Of a stretch of DNA of 64,000 bases, positions 55,990 to 64,000 are shown piece by piece. The stretch's first letter is position 1, and each line of letters starts with the position of its first letter. The position numbers and the translations under genes were made by a program. The DNA is from Trichinella spiralis (taxonomy: Eukaryota), in NCBI RefSeq assembly GCF_000181795.1, contig NW_003526943.1:1-64000 (forward strand), given 5' to 3'. The notes under the pieces were generated by a model. That model was not told the DNA's origin and searched no databases. It saw only the letters and a list, made by a program, of their open reading frames with translations.

Positions 55990-56800
55990 TCTGTGCTGTC
56001 GTCATCCAAATGTAAAAACTGAAGCAAGTCGATGAAGCGGTTTCAGATCATTCTCTTAGAGATGCTGTTGATACGAAACTCCTTTGAGCAGTACATACTG
56101 TACATCGTGGCGAAGAAACCATGCCCATTTTTATTATTAAGCGTGGCTTAGTAAGCTACCAAATATTTCCATCTGTTCTGGCGATGTTTTGAAGGCCCGT
56201 TATCTAATTTGCTCAGCTTTCAAATTGGTCTGATCAGTTAAGAGCAAGATCATGTCTTTACTAATGAAAATTTTGAAGTACTTCATTGTTCTTCTAACAC
56301 TGCAGTATTCTGAAATGTCATTTATGTACAACTCTTTATAACATGACTGCATGTGCTCACCTTCCAGCTCAATCCAATTCTTATCAACCAGTGGGAATAC
56401 TCTAGTCCTTTGCCATTTGAACTATATGTGATGTGATTTCCTTATCGTCTTTGATGTTTCCATAGTCTCTTCGTTTGAATTATCACTTTTTCCTGAGTCA
56501 GCTTGGCAGTCGTAGCTTGACTGCAGATGGATGTTGCTTTCAATGTAAGTTTCTGGCTCTTATTTATCAGCGCAGTCCAAAACGATGATTTCCATTATCA
56601 AGTGAACATATCATCTTATTCTGAGACTATAGTTATAGTTCATCATTGCTGTTAATAACCAATTTCATGATACGAAAATTCAGCCAAGATTCTCCTCCCT
56701 GTATAGAGAAGGATTTCAGAATCATAGCATTTGCCCTCATGTAAACAGGTTTTTCATCAATAATGAATTCAGGAACATTAGACATCTTCTGAAATCTAGG
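55990..56800 (-). mobile_element. possible highly degraded piggyBac-like transposase remnant
   Basis: Broken minus-strand peptides resembling piggyBac C-terminal motifs (YCSVRRTMKYFKIF; RCTVC). No intact frame. Confidence 0.3.
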
Positions 56801-59167
56801 CAGACATTTTCAGAGACCGTTTCTGTGCTTTCTAGCATATTTGCTGAGCATGTGCTAGATATACATCAGCTAGTTACCGGATAAATCACACTGATATGAT
56901 GATTATAAACTCTAAATCATTTAGTCCTACTCATTTTATGATACCTCTGACATACGCTTCTATCGTTGCGACTGTGAAGTTTTTAGATGACAGCTGTTAC
57001 GTTCAAAAGTATAGTTATTTTCATATCAAACATTTTTGTAAGCTTAAGCAAAATGCAATATGCAATTTCACGTTTCTTGCAAAAACGTAGGCACAGTTGG
57101 TGACTAAATTGTAAAACAGTATTTAACTCTGTTATTACCACCGCTTCCATTGATTGAAGTTGAAACTTAATGTTATTTTATTGTCACATTGTGCGTACAT
57201 AATTGTGTAACAATTTCAACTGTACCACCAGTTTTAATGAATGCCCAACCACTTCATTTACCAATAATTTAAAAACAACGGAGCAAAATTGTTCACGAAA
57301 ATTGCACGGGTATCAAGAATATATTTGTCACTCCCTGAAAATTTTCTAACTCTCACAGTTTGTTCGATTAGCTGTGTTAAATAACTAAGATGCAGCAAAT
57401 TTCAACATTCCAAATACCTAGCTTCTGAACGAACTTTTTTATAAATGAGTGCAAAAAAGTGCATTTAGAATTTTTTACAAAAAGCGCATCTAACAACCTG
57501 AAATTTTGCACAAACTTTGTTAAATTTATCCACGTTTTAATTCCACTATGAACGGCATAAATGATTTTTGCGAATGTGCGCAACACGCAATGAAATCTTT
57601 AAAAAGACATTAATTTGAATGCATCACAAGATTTTTGAAAGCAAACTTTATCATTGAAGAATAGTACTACCAAGGACGGCTTTCCATAGAAGAAATGTAA
57701 ATATTATATGAACATGTGATAACATCCAGTTTATGACAATATGTTTACCAAGTACTCAAACGGGTTAGCCTACGGCTGTACATGGAGATAAATGATCAGT
57801 TTATGTTGAATACTGGAGCAATTTGTTTGCTCAAAACTTTATCTTAATCATGTCTGAAGATTATTCTTCTTTCTGGCAAAAATATCACTTGAGGTATATA
57901 AAGCGTCTTAGTTATTCTCCACTTACTAAACATTATGTTTTAACCACCTTAGCTGTGCTTCTAGTTGTGCTTTCGTTTTATCAAACAATAATCTTACAAT
58001 TTTCTTTGAAAGCAGTATTACTTGCTACTCATCCACCTCAGCATTTACAACAGTAAGTACAACTGTTATCCTTTCATATTAGGTCTTCATTACACAAAAA
58101 AATAAAATTATCAGTATTCTTATAAATTTTGAATGCCAATGGTTAAAATGCTTACACTAAGCAACATTTATTGTAAGGTGTTTGCATATTTTAATAATTT
58201 TCTTTCTCTCCACTAGCCGTATCAGTTGTTTTTCTCTATTTATTTGTCATAGCCTACTTCTATATATGTATTGTAAGAAGTTCATTGAATAACTTTTGTC
58301 AGCGCGTGACTTCAATTTAGACAAAGCATGCAACACTTGTTGCATTCATAGCAAAATTTCAAAAATTATTCAAAAAAAAAAACAATTTTCAAAACATCAC
58401 TGATAGTGCAATCAGTCTAAATCTAAGGAATTTTGAAAAATTGAAAATGAATGCTTCTACGCTGTTAAATTATAAAGAGAATTACATTATAAAAATTGCT
58501 GATATGAGAAGTATTGTTCACGGGACGGCACTAAGTGTCCAACAGCTACATGTTCCTGCGTGTTCCAAACATCAATTAATAGCTGCCATAAAATTTTCAT
58601 TAGGAAATTTGTGTCGTCTTAATCTGAAACTGAATTAGCCAAAAACGTCATTGAAATGTATAATTACAAAGTAATACAAAAAATTTTAAAACAAACTGTG
58701 CCTTTTATAGACAAGAAAGAAATGACCACTAATTTAGGCAAAATTATTCACGTATATTCTAATTGTATAATGTTCACGCTCTTACGAGAGACATCAACAA
58801 AATGTATATCATAAATGACAATATTATATTAATTATAAAAAAACCGTAAAAGAAATGTGCACCACAATTATGGCATTAGCGTTAATATGAAATGATCAAA
58901 GTACAAATAAAAAAACATGAAGATTATAAACATTCTAATTTAGACAGAATGGCAGAACATGAATCAGAATAAATCATTTTTAAAAAAAGAATATTAAGAT
59001 GCAAATTTACAGACTAAAAAATATAAAAATCATTTGCTTTATTTAGTAACCGTTCTCTTAACAAAATGTAGCTCATTTCAAAGTCAAATACATGTTTGTT
59101 GGCAAATATGGAAATGGTAAAACAATTTGCTTTATACATCACGAAATAAATATACTACAAGGCAATT

Positions 59168-60549
59168 TACCCCTTCAAACCTGCATTTTTTTTGAGATTT
59201 TTAAATATGCGTTTTAAACATGTTATGGTGTGTGTATAAAAATTCTAATCGGATTTATTGTTCGAATAATATTGTAGCCATTTTTTGTAGAGCTGTATCA
59301 AAAGTGATACACTGGGACTCAAAGGGGTATACCTTTCTGTAACTAAGTGTGAAAACGTTTATTGTTCCTATATACGCAGACATGCAATAATTGGCTTACA
59401 AATAATTAGTCATGAAATTCTGTAAAGCAATTTCTGTTGCTACTTAGGCATAGGAAAACATTGCATTGTTTGCACAGGCACGTGGCTAATGTAGAATACA
59501 GTCTGCATATTCTTATCGATTCAGTGATTACTGATCAGTGGCTAGTTTGGTCTTTTGCTAATTCTCTTGAGACGTCAGTTGGTCGTCTTCCCAATCGTCT
59601 TGACGTTAGGGTTGGCGTTGGAGAAGACACACAAGAAAGGCTTCTAGAAGTTGCAGTAGGCATGTTCACAAGACACAAGGACGGACTAACTTGGCAAGTA
59701 AAGCTTAGTAGGTCCAATGTGCCTGTGCATGTTCCAGGCATCTCTTTTCTGTCCCTCTTATACAGTTGCCATGCATTTGTCATGGCAGTGCTGATGATCC
59801 AAAAGAAAATCCGACGGGTCCATTTTCGACTTTTGTGTTCGATGCGGTATAGAGCAGCAAGCAGGTTGTTCAGGTCTATGCCACCCATATTCATGTTGTA
59901 ATTTTTTAAAATATTTGGGATTTCAACGTTTAATTATTGACAGGTGCATGGGGCAGCAACTACCAAACTACAGCAACTACTAGAAGTGAAGTGAGGACGC
60001 GATCTTAGTATTAAATATCAGCGATGGTGCAAAACTTTTAGAAATGTTATTGATTGCATCTGACAATAATTCATTAGACATCCTAAATGATTTTTCTCAG
60101 AAAATTAATACGGGATTGGGCAAGCGATTCTGAGTACGTTGAGGGTAGTAAACAGGATGCGCAGTTTCCGTTAAAGCTCAGTGTATCAAAATTGATACAG
60201 TTATACTAAGGAACTCTACTCAGCACCCCAAAAAGAGGCTGCAGTTAATTTTAACATCATCTTCACATCAGCATCTACTAGTAAAAAAATTATTATCCTT
60301 AAATTCTGCTCAATTCTCAATTTATGCATCAAAATGCAAATTCATGTTTTTTCGTCTTACCTACCTGTACATTAGAGCACATTATAAGAAATCTACTAAG
60401 ATGAGAAAAAAAATAGCAATAAAATATTGTTAAGACAAATGTCAAGAACACATAAACACAAGCATGGCTAACAAAAACGTTTTAGTAAATAGCTATGGGG
60501 CATAAAACATTATGTATCAAAATTGATACGGTGGGCCTGATAGCGTAAA
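59168..60549 (-). mobile_element. piggyBac-like DNA transposon, internally deleted and non-autonomous
   Basis: VEIPNILKNYNMNMGGIDLNNLLAALYRIEHKSRKWTRRIFFWIISTAMTNAWQLY (transposase C-terminal core). A cysteine-rich domain CRL...CKQCNVFLCLSSNRNCFTEFH follows a premature TGA. Repeated palindromic TGTATCAAAAnTGATAC motifs lie near both ends. Boundaries are approximate. Confidence 0.85.
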
Positions 60550-61432
60550 ACCATTCAGCAAAATGTAATTTTGACGTCATTAGATATTTAAAGAAAAAGA
60601 GAAAAAAAGCAGTTGATTGTGATGGATGATCAGCTTCGAAAAATTTGAAAGTAATATTAGAATGGGAATATGTCAAAATAACTAATATACAACAGAATTG
60701 ATGAACGTATTCAATAAAATGTACAGGGATCATATAAAGGAGGAAAAAAATTACAAAATAAATTGCTGAAAAATAACAATGGTATATGAAAAAAACGGCT
60801 TAACTCAAGCAAAAAAATGCTCAAGTTATTTAGTAAAAATTTTCAAAAATACTTGAAAATTATAATTATATGAAAAGCAGGCAAGAATTTGAAAAGGAAA
60901 AACATACGCGTAAACTAAGGCATACTGTAACCTACAAAGCGCAAAAAAACACGTGACAGCATGAAATTCAAAAAACTAATACTCTGACAACTTCTTTGAA
61001 GGAAGCATTTCCGTGCATTACAAAAAGACAATGAAAACGTAAAAGAAAAAAAGAATTTAAGAAGCTGAAACAATATTTTTATACAATAAAGTAGTGAAAT
61101 AATCTACAATAATTGTTTCTGATGAAAATCTAAAGCCATGATGAATCCCAACGTAAAATCACTTTTTTATTTTGCATTATAGATCGAAGTATGAAGAGGA
61201 AACCATAGCGAATTTTCAGGCTACCAGCCCAAAAGGGATAAGTGAGCCAAAGAAAAAGAAATTTCAAAAGCGAAGAAATAAAAACATCAGAAAGCGGAAA
61301 ATCAAAGAATGCGTTTACTTAATGTCATCATTGAAATATATGATTTCATCGTACAACAGTATGAATTGGGTAAGAAAGTAATATGTATCTTCAGAAATGA
61401 AATTAATTTCCATTTATTTTCTACATCCAAAA

Positions 61433-61575
61433 TAGTGCTACCCCCCGACTATTCCCGTGCGCTTAGCAACCACCCTATAGGTATTCTGTGCGCTTAGTGC
61501 TACCCCCCGACTATTCCCGTGCGCTTAGCAACCACCCTATAGGTATTCTGTGCGCTTAGTGCTACCTCCCGACTA
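61433..61575. repeat. GC-rich tandem repeat, 62-bp unit, about 2.3 copies running into a gap
   Basis: Unit tagtgctaccccccgactattcccgtgcgcttagcaaccaccctataggtattctgtgcgct starts at 61433, 61495 and 61557. Confidence 0.95.
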
Positions 61576-62042
61576 NNNNNNNNNNNNNNNNNNNNNNNNN
61601 NNNNNNNNNNNNNNNNNNNNNNNNNNNNNNNNNNNNNNNNNNNNNNNNNNNNNNNNNNNNNNNNNNNNNNNNNNNNNNNNNNNNNNNNNNNNNNNNNNNN
61701 NNNNNNNNNNNNNNNNNNNNNNNNNNNNNNNNNNNNNNNNNNNNNNNNNNNNNNNNNNNNNNNNNNNNNNNNNNNNNNNNNNNNNNNNNNNNNNNNNNNN
61801 NNNNNNNNNNNNNNNNNNNNNNNNNNNNNNNNNNNNNNNNNNNNNNNNNNNNNNNNNNNNNNNNNNNNNNNNNNNNNNNNNNNNNNNNNNNNNNNNNNNN
61901 NNNNNNNNNNNNNNNNNNNNNNNNNNNNNNNNNNNNNNNNNNNNNNNNNNNNNNNNNNNNNNNNNNNNNNNNNNNNNNNNNNNNNNNNNNNNNNNNNNNN
62001 NNNNNNNNNNNNNNNNNNNNNNNNNNNNNNNNNNNNNNNNNN
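61576..62042. other. assembly gap (N run)
   Basis: Run of N in the sequence. Confidence 1.
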
Positions 62043-63730
62043 GAGAAAAATTTCACAAAGTGACGATCATCATGGTGCTAAGAATTATTACCTTTCTTGT
62101 AATTTGTAAAAAAAAATTGGATATAAACTGAAAAACAGTATAAATTTCAATAATTGACTTAAATTAATTACACATTATTCAGTTAAAAAAGCCAATTTTG
62201 TCGGAAAAACTTAATAATTTGCAACGAGCAACAACAATTTGGGAAATTTTTTCAACAATAGGGCATTATCTTCAAATAAGTAAAAGAAAATAAATAGATT
62301 TCCTTACATTGTCGGAAGCATCCATCGCCAAATAGAATAAAAACAGCTAACATCAAAACTTTCAAAAAGCCAAAAGCGGGACAATATACAGTAAAACAAT
62401 TGTAATGCAGGTTCAAACAACTGTAAATTTCAAATTTTGAAATTTTGTGATACTTATGAACAACTAGAAATATATAATTTAAATGCTTAAAATGCATCTA
62501 TTTTTAAAATAATAATGTTTTCATCAAAAGTTGTAATTTATAACAATATATCACTATAAACGGTGCCATTGCCAAATTATTGGTACAAAAATAGGCGTTA
62601 AAATAATATTTGGGCAAATAAACTAATAAAAAATTATTTTAAAATAAATTTAAATATTTTTAAAAAATAAATGAAGTTCTGCTATTATTTTCTTCAATAA
62701 ATAATTCTGTAATACTTACGAGAGATTTTTAAGTCAAAAAATTATGTAAAATTATATTCAGATGATTTTTAGATCTTAAAGATGAACACAAAATGCAGTA
62801 TCAACACTGCATCTTAATATAAATCTCATGAGCAAGCCCCGAAGAATTGGCGACACGATGGCTTTTGGTTATACAAATCGTTCTGTTCATAGGTAAAAAC
62901 TGCTTTCTGCATTTAGAGTGACATATTAAATATAAGGAAAAGTGCATAATATAAGTATTGGCGGCCACGTTGTAAGAGATTTTCATGGTTGACCGAGGCA
63001 ACAAGGTACAGTATGAAAAAATATGCGTTGTGATCATAATCGCTTTTGGTTTGTGTTCTCGTTGATTAGTCGTTGTTGTTTGTACTAGTAAAAGTTTGTT
63101 TACCCGTTGCGAGTGTTTTTTCCTTTGGTTTTAGAATGGCTACGAAACCTGAAAGAAGTCACAAGGGCACGTCAAGTTGCGATGATCAACCTGATAATTG
63201 CGAATTTACAGTATGATTAGCCGAATACGACTAGCGACTCACAGCTCGCATTGTTGTCTTGCGTCCTGTGATTTACGAAATTTGATAACAGTAATAATAT
63301 CCTCGTTAGGACAGTTTTGCTGAACACAGTACACTTCACTTGGACGAACAGTTATCAACTTCCACTTTCTTTGTAGTACGATATCAGTTGCTAACTGAAT
63401 ACTTCTCGAACAGCAACAACCTGGTCATTTAATATTGATTCGTTGGCACTGATACTTAGCTGAATGATTGATTTCCCATTGAGCAGACTCGGTATTAGCT
63501 GTTCGTTGATCTCCTCCAACGTCTTGTGGTTATTTTGGTAACTCTATCAGTAGAATAGCTATACTTTCGATTCACAGCACACATGTTTACAGTGACAAGG
63601 CTGTAATTTCAGCTAGGCAGGCTGGGCATGTTTATTTTGACACAAAGAAAATCTACTAAATAAAAAATCAATTTCGATGCTTTTCTAAAAAAAATAATGT
63701 ACTTCTCACTGTAGAGAAGAGGAAAAATCA

Positions 63731-63734
<4 letters not shown>

Positions 63735-63772
<38 letters not shown>
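63735..63772. repeat. (TTA)n microsatellite
   Basis: About 12 perfect TTA units seen directly. Confidence 0.9.
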
Positions 63773-63776
<4 letters not shown>

Positions 63777-64000
63777 ATAACTTAGATTATGTAAACGCTT
63801 GTCTAATATTTAAAAATTCACGGTTAGATACTTCGTCAATATAGTTACAGTATGACGGTACTTGAACCTGAAATTTAAATTTCTTCTTAATGTACGTACA
63901 ATTTCACTTCTTTCCAAAACAGTTAGGCATATATTTTTTATTCTTTCTGGTCTCATAGATGCATTGTGCTCTTTTATTAAAAAATGAATCAATAAATTAT

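Noticed and set aside
59437..59901. 154-aa plus-strand ORF (and the matching 77-349 ORF)
   Set aside because: Antisense shadow of the piggyBac transposase remnant.
61433..61575. CRISPR-like repeat/spacer appearance (GTGCGCTTAG every 31 nt)
   Set aside because: The intervening sequences repeat rather than being unique, there are no cas genes, and the context is eukaryotic.
61550..62131. Long ORFs 61550-62131 (+) and 61562-62056 (-)
   Set aside because: They are open only because they cross the N gap.

Overview
Very AT-rich, gene-dense animal genomic DNA with many short GT-AG introns. It is most consistent with a clade I nematode such as Trichinella, which is an inference rather than something the sequence proves. 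Reading spliced exons by hand gives, in order: a myostatin/GDF11-like TGF-beta ligand (5' exon not found), an NCBP2AS2-like microprotein, prefoldin 5, mitochondrial DnaJ (DNAJA3/Tid1) with a cassette exon that switches the C-terminus, an orphan single-TM ORF, TXNDC17, intronless ATE1, a ZDHHC5/8 palmitoyltransferase, ZNHIT3, POFUT2, intronless guanylate kinase, EXOSC9, an SRSF10/12-type SR protein and a CRF/DH44-like class B GPCR. Decayed copia and piggyBac elements, a 62-bp tandem repeat and two N gaps are also present. The most notable signal is in the SRSF10-like gene: its RRM is interrupted by a 2,095-nt U12-type AT-AC intron (ATATCCTTT...TTCCTTAAC...AC). A competing GTAAGT donor lies in the upstream exon, and the intron holds a candidate stop-containing exon, a predicted RNA fold, a GA-rich enhancer cluster and an AATAAA. 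Together these suggest a minor-versus-major spliceosome autoregulatory switch. Several tightly spaced co-oriented gene pairs look like trans-spliced operons. All homology calls come from recalled family motifs, not from database searches.
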